Part shown: piece by piece, positions 55,768 through 64,000 of the stretch
How positions within the stretch are numbered: position 1 is the first letter of the stretch
Layout: the number at the start of each line of letters is the position of its first letter
Origin: Elusimicrobiota bacterium
GTDB lineage: Bacteria > Elusimicrobiota > Elusimicrobia > FEN-1173
Reading direction: 5' to 3'
Length of the DNA: 64,000 nt
NCBI GenBank assembly: GCA_016722575.1
Contig: JADKIY010000001.1
Coordinates: 704,810 to 768,809, forward strand
The notes under the pieces: generated by a model
Told to the model about the DNA's origin: nothing
Seen by the model: only the letters and a program-made list of their open reading frames with translations
Databases searched by the model: none
Made by a program: the position numbers and the translations under genes

Positions 55768-58572
55768 GTGACAAGTCCCGCCCGCCAAACCCTCTGCCTC
55801 ATCGACGCCCACGGCTATCTCCACCGGGCGTACCACGCCCTGTCGCGGATGGGCCGTCCGATGACGAATTCCCGGGGCGAGCCCACCGGCGCCCTCTTCG
55901 GTTTCGCCAAGCTGCTGATCAAAATTCTCCGGGAGAACCGACCCGACCGCGTGGCGGTTTGTTTCGACGCGCCCGGGCCGACCTTCCGCCACCGGGCCTA
56001 CGCCGAGTACAAGGCGCACCGGAAAGAGATTGAGCCGGACCTGAAGTTTCAGCTGCCCCTCGCCCAGGACCTGGTTCGGGCCTGGGGGCTGCCGATGGTC
56101 GTCAAACCCGGCTACGAAGCCGACGATTTGATCGCCACCCTGGCCGCGCGGGGGGTGCGGGACGGTTTTGACGTGTTGGTCGTCACCGGGGACAAGGACG
56201 CCCTTCAGCTCGTGGACGACCGCGTCTCGGTCTTGAACGAGGCCAAAAACATCGTCTACACCCCGGCGGAGGTGGAGAAAAAATACGGCCTGCGGCCCGA
56301 CCAGCTCGTGGATTATTTCGCCTTGACGGGGGACGCGTCGGACAACGTGCCCGGCGTCCCCGGCGTGGGGGAAAAGACGGCGACCAAGCTTTTACAAGAA
56401 TTCGCCACCCTGGAGGCGATCTACCGCCAACCCGACCGGGTCCCGGAAAAAGTCCGACAAAAACTTCTGGACCACCGGAACGACGCCGAGATGAGCCGCC
56501 GGTTGGTGGTGTTGGACCGGGAGGCCCCCATCGACGATAAACCCGCCGATTGCCGTCCGCCCGAGGGGTCGCGGCCCGCGCTGATGGATTTTCTGCGGCG
56601 GTATGAATTTAATTCCCTGTTGGTCGAACTGGGTGGCGGGCCGCGCCCGACCCCCGCGGTCCGTCCGTCCGGGACCCGGACCGACGGTGTTTCGGCGGCG
56701 GTTGAACTTCCGGCCCGCCCCGCGCCCGCGGCGGCCGCCCCGCCGGTGGAACGGCGGGTCCGTACCGTCCTCACCCCCGCGGATTTAAAAGACCTGGCGG
56801 CGGACATTGGGGGCGCCGATCAATTGGCCGTGGACGTGGAAACCACCGGATTGGACCCCTTCGCCTGTGCGTTGGTCGGGATCGCCCTCTCCACGCGGCC
56901 CGGGGAAGCCTGGTATGTCCCGGTCGGCCATCGCCTTCTGGGGGAGCCGCCCTCCTGGCCCCTGGACAAAATTCGCCCCGTTCTCGGCCCCCCGTTGGCC
57001 GACCCGAAAATTCCCAAAGTGGGACAAAACCTCAAATTCGACGGGCACGTGTTGGAGCGCCACGGGTTGCCCCTGGCCGGTGTCGCCTTCGACACGCTGG
57101 TCGCGTCCTATTGCCTCAATCCGTCCCGCCCGAACCACGGCTTAAAAACCCTGGCGTTGGATTTGTTGGGCGAGTCCATGACGCCCATTGAAAATCTCAT
57201 CGGTTCCGGCGTCAAGGCGCTTACCATGGACCAAGTGCCCATCGAGCGGGCCGCGGCCTACGCCGGCGCCGACGCCGAAGTCACCTTGCGTCTCAAGGCG
57301 TTGATGGAAAAAGACCTTCGAGACCAGAAAATGGAACGGCTCTTTTATGACGTGGAAATGCCCCTGGTGGGCATCCTGGCGGACATGGAAACCGCGGGGC
57401 TGGGGCTCAACGTGCCCTACCTGCAAAAACTGTCCCGGGAGTTCGGCGACGCCCTGTCGGGCCTGGAAAAAGAGATTCACGGGTTGGCCGGGGAAACCTT
57501 CAACGTCAATTCGCCCAAACAATTGGCCGTCGTGCTTTTTGAAAAATTGAAATTGCCGGTGGTGCGGAAAACCAAAACGGGGTATTCGACGGACGAGGAA
57601 GTCCTGCGGAAATTGTCGGACCGGCACCCCCTGCCCGCCCGGATGGTGGCCTACCGGGAACTGGCGAAACTCAAATCCACCTACGTCGACGGACTCCTGG
57701 AACTGGTCGATCCCAAAACCCACCGGGTTCACACGCGATTAAACCAGGCCGTGGCCGCCACGGGGCGGTTGTCCTCGAGCGATCCCAATCTTCAAAACAT
57801 CCCCATCCGAACGGAGGAAGGCCGTAAAATCCGCCGGGCCTTCGTGCCCGCCGAGGGGAATCTTTTTCTGTCGGCGGATTACTCCCAGATCGATCTTCGG
57901 GTGCTCGCCCACATGTCGGGGGACCCCGCGCTGGTCCGGGCCTTCCGCCGGGGGGAGGACATTCACGCGGCGACCGCCCGGGATATTTTCGACCTCGGGG
58001 CCGACGCCCCCGTCACCGATGAGCAACGGCGCGTCGCCAAGTCGGTCAACTTCGGCATCGTGTACGGTCAAACCCCCTTCGGGCTGTCCCAGCAGCTGGG
58101 CCTTCCTCTCCCCCAGGCCCAGGATTACATCCGGCGCTACCTGGAGAAATACGCGGGCGTAAAAGACTGGGTGGAAGCCACCTTGGCGCGGGCGCGGAAG
58201 GACGGCTACGTCACCACGCTTCTCCACCGCCGACGGTACCTCCCGGAGATCAACGCTTCCAACGGCAACCTGCGCGCCTTTGCCGAGCGCACGGCCATGA
58301 ACACCCCGATCCAGGGGACCAGCGCGGACCTGATCAAGGTGGCCATGCGGGAGGTGGCGGCGTGGATGGCCAAAAGCGGCGGGCGGGCCCGCCTGTTGCT
58401 CCAGGTTCACGACGATTTGCTTTTCGAAGCTCCCCCGGGGGAATTGTCGACGTTGGCCCCGGCGGTGAAACGGGTGATGGAGTCCGCCGTGCCGCTCGAC
58501 GTTCCCGTGGTCGTGGACGTGAAGACGGGCCCCAATTGGGCGGACTTGAAAAAAGAGAGAGCCGGCGCGTGA
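55768..58572 (+). CDS. polA: DNA polymerase I
   Basis: 5'-nuclease N-terminus (LIDAHGYLHRAYHA), 3'-5' exonuclease region and a polymerase domain with the RRxAKxxNFGxxYG motif. Confidence 0.95.
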   Translation: MTSPARQTLCLIDAHGYLHRAYHALSRMGRPMTNSRGEPTGALFGFAKLLIKILRENRPDRVAVCFDAPGPTFRHRAYAEYKAHRKEIEPDLKFQLPLAQDLVRAWGLPMVVKPGYEADDLIATLAARGVRDGFDVLVVTGDKDALQLVDDRVSVLNEAKNIVYTPAEVEKKYGLRPDQLVDYFALTGDASDNVPGVPGVGEKTATKLLQEFATLEAIYRQPDRVPEKVRQKLLDHRNDAEMSRRLVVLDREAPIDDKPADCRPPEGSRPALMDFLRRYEFNSLLVELGGGPRPTPAVRPSGTRTDGVSAAVELPARPAPAAAAPPVERRVRTVLTPADLKDLAADIGGADQLAVDVETTGLDPFACALVGIALSTRPGEAWYVPVGHRLLGEPPSWPLDKIRPVLGPPLADPKIPKVGQNLKFDGHVLERHGLPLAGVAFDTLVASYCLNPSRPNHGLKTLALDLLGESMTPIENLIGSGVKALTMDQVPIERAAAYAGADAEVTLRLKALMEKDLRDQKMERLFYDVEMPLVGILADMETAGLGLNVPYLQKLSREFGDALSGLEKEIHGLAGETFNVNSPKQLAVVLFEKLKLPVVRKTKTGYSTDEEVLRKLSDRHPLPARMVAYRELAKLKSTYVDGLLELVDPKTHRVHTRLNQAVAATGRLSSSDPNLQNIPIRTEEGRKIRRAFVPAEGNLFLSADYSQIDLRVLAHMSGDPALVRAFRRGEDIHAATARDIFDLGADAPVTDEQRRVAKSVNFGIVYGQTPFGLSQQLGLPLPQAQDYIRRYLEKYAGVKDWVEATLARARKDGYVTTLLHRRRYLPEINASNGNLRAFAERTAMNTPIQGTSADLIKVAMREVAAWMAKSGGRARLLLQVHDDLLFEAPPGELSTLAPAVKRVMESAVPLDVPVVVDVKTGPNWADLKKERAGA

Positions 58573-58596
58573 ACGGCCGGCCGCGGGAAAGGCCCC

Positions 58597-59430
58597 GTGC
58601 CTGAACTTCCCGAAGTCGAAACCATTCGCCGGGACTTGGCCGCGCTGTTGGCGGGCCAAACCATCTTGGCCGTCCGGGTTCGGGATCCCCGGGCGGTCCA
58701 GGGGTTCGGCCCCGACGGAGCGCCGCGGCGCGCCGTCGAACCCGGGGACTTCGCCGGGCGCCTCGTCGGCCGACGGATCGCCGACGTCCGGCGACGGGGA
58801 AAATACCTGGCGATCGTTTTGTCGGACGGAGTTTTGCTGGCCCATTTGCGGATGACCGGCCAATTGATCTGGGGGCCGCCGTCGGCCCGGGCCCGGGTCG
58901 TTCTCGAATTTCGGGGAACGCCGACGGTGCTCAATTATTGCGACACGCGCCGTTTCGGGGAGCTCTGGACCGTGGACGCTTTGGCCGACGACCCCGCTCT
59001 GGCCGCCCTGGGACCGGAGCCCCTGGAGGATTTCGACGTCGACGCCTGGGGGCGGGCGCTCCGCCGGTCGGACGCCCGCGTGCAATCCGCCCTGCTCGAT
59101 CAACACCGGATTGCCGGGTTGGGGAATATTTACGTGACCGAGGCGTTGTTTTTGACGGGCGTTCGGCCCACGCGCCGTTGCGGGCGACTTTCCCCCTCGG
59201 AGATTCCACCGTTGGTGGCAAACATCCGCCGGGTCCTGTCGGACGGTCTCCGCCACCGGGGCGTGTCGTTTCGGGACTACCGGGACGCCCGGGGCGAGCG
59301 GGGTCAAGCCCGGGCGACCCTGAACGTTTACGGAAAGGCGGGGCGGCCCTGCCCCCGCTGCCGCTCGGTTCTGCGGGGCGTGAAAGTGAACGGGCGGGGA
59401 ACGGTTTTTTGCGCGAGGTGCCAAGAATGA
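58597..59430 (+). CDS. mutM: Formamidopyrimidine-DNA glycosylase
   Basis: MPELPEVE N-terminus and a C-terminal zinc finger (CPRCRSVLRGVKVNGRGTVFCARCQ). Confidence 0.9.
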   Translation: MPELPEVETIRRDLAALLAGQTILAVRVRDPRAVQGFGPDGAPRRAVEPGDFAGRLVGRRIADVRRRGKYLAIVLSDGVLLAHLRMTGQLIWGPPSARARVVLEFRGTPTVLNYCDTRRFGELWTVDALADDPALAALGPEPLEDFDVDAWGRALRRSDARVQSALLDQHRIAGLGNIYVTEALFLTGVRPTRRCGRLSPSEIPPLVANIRRVLSDGLRHRGVSFRDYRDARGERGQARATLNVYGKAGRPCPRCRSVLRGVKVNGRGTVFCARCQE

Positions 59431-60020
59431 AAAAAAAGATTCGCGTGATCGGCCTGACCGGCGGGTTGGGCTCCGGAAAATCCACGGTGGCGGCGGCCCT
59501 GCGGGCCCGGCGAATCCCGGTGGTGGACGCGGATCGAATAGTCCGGCGGGCTTTGGCGCCGGGCGGCGCGGCCCACGCCCGGGTGGTCCGCTTGTTCGGC
59601 CCGGGGGGCGGGGGTCCGGGGCGTCCCCTGGACCGAAAAAAAATCGCCGCCGTTATTTTTTCCGACCCCCCCTTAAGACGCCGACTGGAGGGAATTCTTC
59701 ATCCGCTGGTCGCGCGGGAAATCCGCCGGGCGATCGCCCGGCGCCCCAAGTTGCTTGTGCTCGACGTTCCGCTTCTCTTTGAAAGCGGCCTTCACCGTTT
59801 GGCCGACGCGACCGCCGTGGTTTGGGCGCCTTGGCCTCTGCGGTATCGGCGGGTGGTTCGAAGCGGCCGGTTGACCGCGTCGGACGCTCGCCGTCGGGAA
59901 GCCGTCCAAATGCCCCTGGCGGAAAAAAAACGGCGGGCGGATTACGTGATCGATAACCGCGGGACTCTCCAGGACTTGGCTCGAGAAATAGGACGATTTC
60001 TAGAGGCGATAAAAAAATAA
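59427..60020 (+). CDS. coaE: Dephospho-CoA kinase
   Basis: IGLTGGLGSGKST P-loop. ATG overlaps the mutM stop (ATGA). Confidence 0.85.
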   Translation: MKKKIRVIGLTGGLGSGKSTVAAALRARRIPVVDADRIVRRALAPGGAAHARVVRLFGPGGGGPGRPLDRKKIAAVIFSDPPLRRRLEGILHPLVAREIRRAIARRPKLLVLDVPLLFESGLHRLADATAVVWAPWPLRYRRVVRSGRLTASDARRREAVQMPLAEKKRRADYVIDNRGTLQDLAREIGRFLEAIKK

Positions 60021-60031
60021 AAGCCTTTCCT

Positions 60032-60050
60032 TTTACAAAACATTTACAAA
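60032..60050 (+). promoter_or_regulatory. Tandem TTTACA direct repeat (TTTACAaaacaTTTACAA) upstream of giant gene 2, then TATACT-AAGG 9 nt before the ATG
   Basis: Same motif, repeat spacing and downstream TATnnT-[T/A]AGG box as upstream of giant gene 1. Confidence 0.35.
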
Positions 60051-60094
60051 CCCTTCCCCGGTTCTTTCCCCCGGACCTTCTATACTAAGGCTCT

Positions 60095-63000
60095 ATGAAC
60101 CGCCGTCGAGTCCGCCCCCCCCATCGATCGTTCTCGAACCCCGTTCGGCCCGTCTGGCGTCTGGGGATGGCGGCCTCCGTCTTTTTGACTTCCATCGGGC
60201 CCCTCGCCGCGGACGATTTGTGGTCCGATCGCCGCCGCGCCGCCCGTTCCCGGTTCGCCGACGAGATCGCCCCCGCGGCCGATTCCCTGAAGGCCGTTCT
60301 CCCGTCGGCCGAGGAGGCCTGGAGCGGCCGGATTTTCGGCCCCACCGAGGCCGCGGCCGGTGCGTCGATCCCGGGTCCCGGCCTGTTGCCGGCCTGGGTC
60401 CGCTCCACGGTCGGAATGGACGGCGACGTGCGGGACGTTCGTTTTCCGAATTCAGCGCCCCGGCGGGTCGTCATCCACATTCAGGATTTGCACGACGTGG
60501 AGGAAGCCCAGCGTCGGGTGGCGGGCCTCCTGGAGCAGCTGGCGGCTTCCCGGCCGGGGCCCCTGCCGGTGGTCCTGGAGGGCGCCGCGGGCGCTTTTGA
60601 GCTCCCCGCCTTCCGGGCTTTCGCCGACGATCGGGCCCGGGCCCGCGCGGCGGACCTGTTGCTCCGCCACAACGTGTTGTCCGGCCCCGAGGCCTTCGGC
60701 CTAACCACGGCCCGGGACGCGCGTCTGCGCGGGGCGGAAGATCCGGATTTGTACCGGGAAAACGTCGCCGTCCTGCGGGACGCTTTGCCGCGCCGCGAGG
60801 CCGATGCCGCCCGTTTGGCCGCCGTCGTCCGAGTTTTCGAGGGTCTTCGGGAAAAAAAGCTGCCCCCGGCCCTCCTCGCCCTGGAACGGAATTCCGACGC
60901 CTACGAAGCCGGGGCCCTGCCCCTGGCGGCCTACGTGAGCGCCCTCTCGTCGCCCGAATCGGCGGGGGGGGAAGGCCCGACGGTTCGCCGCCTGCGGCGC
61001 GTGTTGGACATCGAGCGCCGGGTTCGTCCCGAGCGCGTGGCCGAAGAGCGCGTGCGCCTCGTGGAGCGGTTGGCGCCCCTTTTGTCCCCGTCGGAAACCC
61101 GGGATTTGATGCGCGCCGGGTTGGACCACCGCCTCGGACGCGGCGCCCCCGATTTATTTCACGCCGCGTTGACCGCGTTGGCCGCCTCGCACGGCGTTTC
61201 CTGGTCGGAATTCCCCGCCTACGCCGCCTACGAAACCTCCCGAGCCGAGGCGGAAAAAATCGATCCCGCGCGCCTTCACGAAGAACTGGCCGCCCTCGCG
61301 GCCGCGCGGCGGGCCGCCCTCGCGACGGACGACGGGGCGCGTCAGCTCCTGGCGGCCGGGGAGGACCTTCGCTTGATCCGCCGCTTGACGGCGTTCGGCC
61401 TTTTGCCGGGGGATCTGCCGCGTCTGCAAGAACGGCAAAAAGAGTTGGAGCAATGGGCCGAGCGCGTGGCCGACTGGTCGCGGACGGACGTTCCCTCCGT
61501 CGCGGAAAGCGTTCGGCGGAGCGCGTTGTTTTATTCCTTGGCCGAACGCCGGAACGGGGCCTTGGCCGACCGGTTGATCGAAACCTTTGAGGACGCCGCG
61601 CCCGCGGGCGCCCCGTCCGTCGTCGTGCTGGTGGCCGGCGGTTTCCACGGCCCCGGCGTTCGGGACGCCCTTTTGGGTCGCGGGGTGGGTTACATCGGGC
61701 TCGTGCCCCGCGCCTTGGGATCGTCGGCGGCTTCGTTGGACGATTTTCGCCCCGGGTCTTCCCCCGTCGATCGAATGTGGTCCGGCGCCCGTCGGGCCCT
61801 CCACCGCCCGCTCGTTTTGGCGGCCGACCCGCTGGACGACGCGCCCGGCGCCTCGGAGCGGGCCCGCGGACTCTTGGCGGGCGCCCTGGCCGCGGTGTCC
61901 CTCGCGGGGGCGGCCGTGGACGCCCAGGCCGGTCCTCTTGCCCCGGGCCAACGCGTGTCCTTGGCCCGGTTCTCCCCGGAAGGGCGCGATCGATTGAACG
62001 CCCTGGCGCAAACCGCCCAGGAACGGGCCGCCGATCTGACGCCGCCCCTGGATTTGACGGTGGGCGTCGGGGGGCTGACCCTCGTTCGCGCGCCGGAAGG
62101 GGGACCGCAACTTCGGCTGCCCCTGGCGTTGGCCGGGCCCGCGGGCCCGGACCGACGGACGGCGGTGGTGACCTTTTCGCCGGACGGTTCGACGGTGGTC
62201 GATTTGGTTTTCGAGCGGGCCGCCGCCGAATGGCGCGCGTGGGCGAAGGACGAATGGCGGAAATTGATCGGTATTCCGGTTCGCCAAGGGTTGGCGGTTT
62301 TTCGAAGTTCCCTGGTGTCCCCCTGGAGCCCCGGGTTGGACGAATGGATGGGCCGCCGGTTGGCGGCGCTCGGCACCCGGAGCCTCTGGTCCGTCGGACA
62401 AGCCACGGGCGGCGTGGCTTCTTTCGGGTTGCTGGAAATAAACCGCGCCGCCCGTTGGACCGGTTGGAGCGGCCTGGCCCGGTGGACCGAGAATTTGCGC
62501 GAACGCCTTCTTTTGGACGAGGAGCGCCGGTGGGTCGGCCTCCTCCTTCGAAACGCTCCGTTGGGCGTCCGGTCCGCCCTCTTCCACCGCCTGGCCCTCG
62601 CCCACGGAATGCCCTGGGACCGGGCTTGGACCGAAGCCCTGCGGGAGTCGTTGCCGCGCCTGGGCCCCGGCGTGCCGCCGTTGTCCGTCGTCGGCGTGGA
62701 CCTCCGCCCGGCGTTGCCGGGGGACCCCGGCGGGGCCACCGTCCATGTTCTTTTGAACGGGCAACCCCGAACCCTTCAGTTTTCGGCTTCGCGTTCGGCG
62801 GCTCTGGCCGATCGCGCGATGGACCACGCGTTGGTTCAAGTGTCGTGGGGTCGGAACGCGGCCGCTCCCTGGGTGACGCTTCAGGCGGCCGCCTTGGCCG
62901 ACACCACGGTCATGGCCTCGGTGTTGCGCCACACGGTGCGGGAGTGGGACGCGCTCTTGACCGACCCGGACCTTTCCTTCAGCGAAGCCCACGCGTTGGT

Positions 63001-64000
63001 TCGCGAGGAGGGCGAGGATTTGCGCCTGGATTTGGTCCTTGAGCGCCGACGGTGGATCGACCCCGTGCAGACCTTCGAAAACGGTTTGTTGAACGGAAAC
63101 TTGGTGGACGTGGAAATCGATCGGAGCCGCCTCCGGGGCCCCGCGTGGACGCCGGCCGACGCGGCCGCCGCCGTGCGCGTGCGTCCGTTGTCGACCAATC
63201 GGACCATCGAGCAGGGACGCCAGGGATTCTTTTCCGATTTCGGCCTCTCGCCGTATTTGTTGGGAACCACCGGCCCCTCGGCCTCGGAGATTTTGGAGGA
63301 CGTGAATCGTTTGACCGCGCGGCTTCGTTCCCTGGACGTGCCCGAGCCCCGGGCCTGGGCGGAGCGGCTCGCGGAAGTTTCCTTGAAGGAAAAAATCGAC
63401 GCCCTGCGCCTGTTGGCCCGTTATTTCCGGGCCCGGGACCGCCAAGGGGAGTTCTTCCCGTTGGGAAGCAAACGCGCTCCCCGGGTGCGGGCGTTGTCGG
63501 ATTTTGTGTTGGGGCTCGCGCGTTCCGTGGGCCGGGAAGCCGGTCAGCTGGCCGCCCTTCGCGGGGGGGCCGTGCGACCGGCCGCGCCGGACGCGCTCCT
63601 CCGCGCCCGGGCGCAAAGCGCCGTGGAGCGTTTTCCGTCTCTGGCGCGCACCTTGTTCGCTCTGTTGGAAGAAGCCGGCGTGACGCCCGTTCCCGGAAAA
63701 GAAGCGGAGCGGACCGCCTTTGCCGCCGATTTGTTGATGGTCTACGCCCACGCCTTTGACGAGGGCTACGGCCGTCTCGCCGTTTTGACCACGGCGTTCG
63801 CCGCCCGGGAAGCCCCGGACGCCAAGGGCCTGGTCGTGGGGGTTTTCCATGTGCGCGACTCCCTGCGCGATTCCCTGGCCGCCGGCGAACTGGTCCGCTC
63901 CCTGCTCGAGCGTGGGCGTCAAGGGACGTCGGCCGGATTCGCCCCCGTCGTTCTCCTGGACGGGGCGGGTTTCGAGAACGCCACCGCCCGCCAACTGTCG
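60095..64000 (+). CDS. Second giant secreted/membrane protein, paralog of the 1216-21474 gene. 3'-partial: it continues beyond the window end
   Basis: My manual translation from ATG 60095 in frame 2 runs open to nt 64000 (about 1,300 codons) with high GC3. It is not in the supplied ORF track, apparently because it has no in-window stop. Signal-like N-terminus MNRRRVRPPHRSFS...GMAASVFLTSIGPLAA. Conserved blocks shared with gene 1 include VIHIQDLHDVEEAQR vs IIHLQDAHEIAEAQR and VVLVAGGFHGPG vs VLVAGGFHTAG. Confidence 0.75.
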   Translation, partial: MNRRRVRPPHRSFSNPVRPVWRLGMAASVFLTSIGPLAADDLWSDRRRAARSRFADEIAPAADSLKAVLPSAEEAWSGRIFGPTEAAAGASIPGPGLLPAWVRSTVGMDGDVRDVRFPNSAPRRVVIHIQDLHDVEEAQRRVAGLLEQLAASRPGPLPVVLEGAAGAFELPAFRAFADDRARARAADLLLRHNVLSGPEAFGLTTARDARLRGAEDPDLYRENVAVLRDALPRREADAARLAAVVRVFEGLREKKLPPALLALERNSDAYEAGALPLAAYVSALSSPESAGGEGPTVRRLRRVLDIERRVRPERVAEERVRLVERLAPLLSPSETRDLMRAGLDHRLGRGAPDLFHAALTALAASHGVSWSEFPAYAAYETSRAEAEKIDPARLHEELAALAAARRAALATDDGARQLLAAGEDLRLIRRLTAFGLLPGDLPRLQERQKELEQWAERVADWSRTDVPSVAESVRRSALFYSLAERRNGALADRLIETFEDAAPAGAPSVVVLVAGGFHGPGVRDALLGRGVGYIGLVPRALGSSAASLDDFRPGSSPVDRMWSGARRALHRPLVLAADPLDDAPGASERARGLLAGALAAVSLAGAAVDAQAGPLAPGQRVSLARFSPEGRDRLNALAQTAQERAADLTPPLDLTVGVGGLTLVRAPEGGPQLRLPLALAGPAGPDRRTAVVTFSPDGSTVVDLVFERAAAEWRAWAKDEWRKLIGIPVRQGLAVFRSSLVSPWSPGLDEWMGRRLAALGTRSLWSVGQATGGVASFGLLEINRAARWTGWSGLARWTENLRERLLLDEERRWVGLLLRNAPLGVRSALFHRLALAHGMPWDRAWTEALRESLPRLGPGVPPLSVVGVDLRPALPGDPGGATVHVLLNGQPRTLQFSASRSAALADRAMDHALVQVSWGRNAAAPWVTLQAAALADTTVMASVLRHTVREWDALLTDPDLSFSEAHALVREEGEDLRLDLVLERRRWIDPVQTFENGLLNGNLVDVEIDRSRLRGPAWTPADAAAAVRVRPLSTNRTIEQGRQGFFSDFGLSPYLLGTTGPSASEILEDVNRLTARLRSLDVPEPRAWAERLAEVSLKEKIDALRLLARYFRARDRQGEFFPLGSKRAPRVRALSDFVLGLARSVGREAGQLAALRGGAVRPAAPDALLRARAQSAVERFPSLARTLFALLEEAGVTPVPGKEAERTAFAADLLMVYAHAFDEGYGRLAVLTTAFAAREAPDAKGLVVGVFHVRDSLRDSLAAGELVRSLLERGRQGTSAGFAPVVLLDGAGFENATARQLS

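Noticed and set aside
61154-63994. 946-aa minus-strand ORF in the track
   Set aside because: It lies exactly antisense to the open plus-strand frame 2 (giant gene 2). Its translation is Gly/Arg/Pro-rich low-complexity sequence typical of antisense reading of high-GC genes. The plus-strand frame has homology to giant gene 1.

Overview
This is a high-GC (about 68-70%) bacterial chromosomal segment dominated by two paralogous giant genes. The first (about 1216-21474, roughly 6,700 aa) sits between queA and the tgt-yajC-secD-secF genes. The second starts at 60095 and runs off the 3' end of the window; it is absent from the supplied ORF track, apparently because no stop codon lies inside the window. 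Both proteins begin with a similar signal-peptide-like N-terminus (RSFS motif), and the similarity between them continues for several hundred residues. Both have the same tandem TTTACA direct repeat upstream. The fully contained giant protein is a domain mosaic. Read in order, it carries an HD-type phosphohydrolase motif, a GHKL-ATPase-like block and several clusters of transmembrane helices. These are followed by a glycogen/starch-synthase (GT5) domain, an alpha-glucan-phosphorylase-like (GT35-like) domain that seems to lack the PLP lysine, and a GHSLG alpha/beta-hydrolase. It ends with a GlnD/GlnE-type nucleotidyltransferase followed by two ACT domains. I do not recognise this architecture as a described system. 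The rest of the window is housekeeping. It includes a tightly overlapping (GTGA/ATGA) Kdo/lipid-A/LPS-core glycosyltransferase cluster (DUF374, waaA, 2x GT9, 4x GT4, GT2, deacetylase, lpxK, lpxL-like, O-antigen-ligase-like, ICMT, DUF3108), then hldE-kinase-domain/kdsB/pyrG and a PilB/GspE-like ATPase. These are followed by mdh, coaX, an outer-membrane beta-barrel protein, def with an ACT-domain protein on the minus strand, a glcD-E fusion with glcF, trxA, a TlpA-like redoxin, polA, mutM and coaE. I found no rRNA, tRNA, CRISPR array or obvious mobile element. Most minus-strand ORFs in the track are antisense artefacts of high-GC coding sequence.
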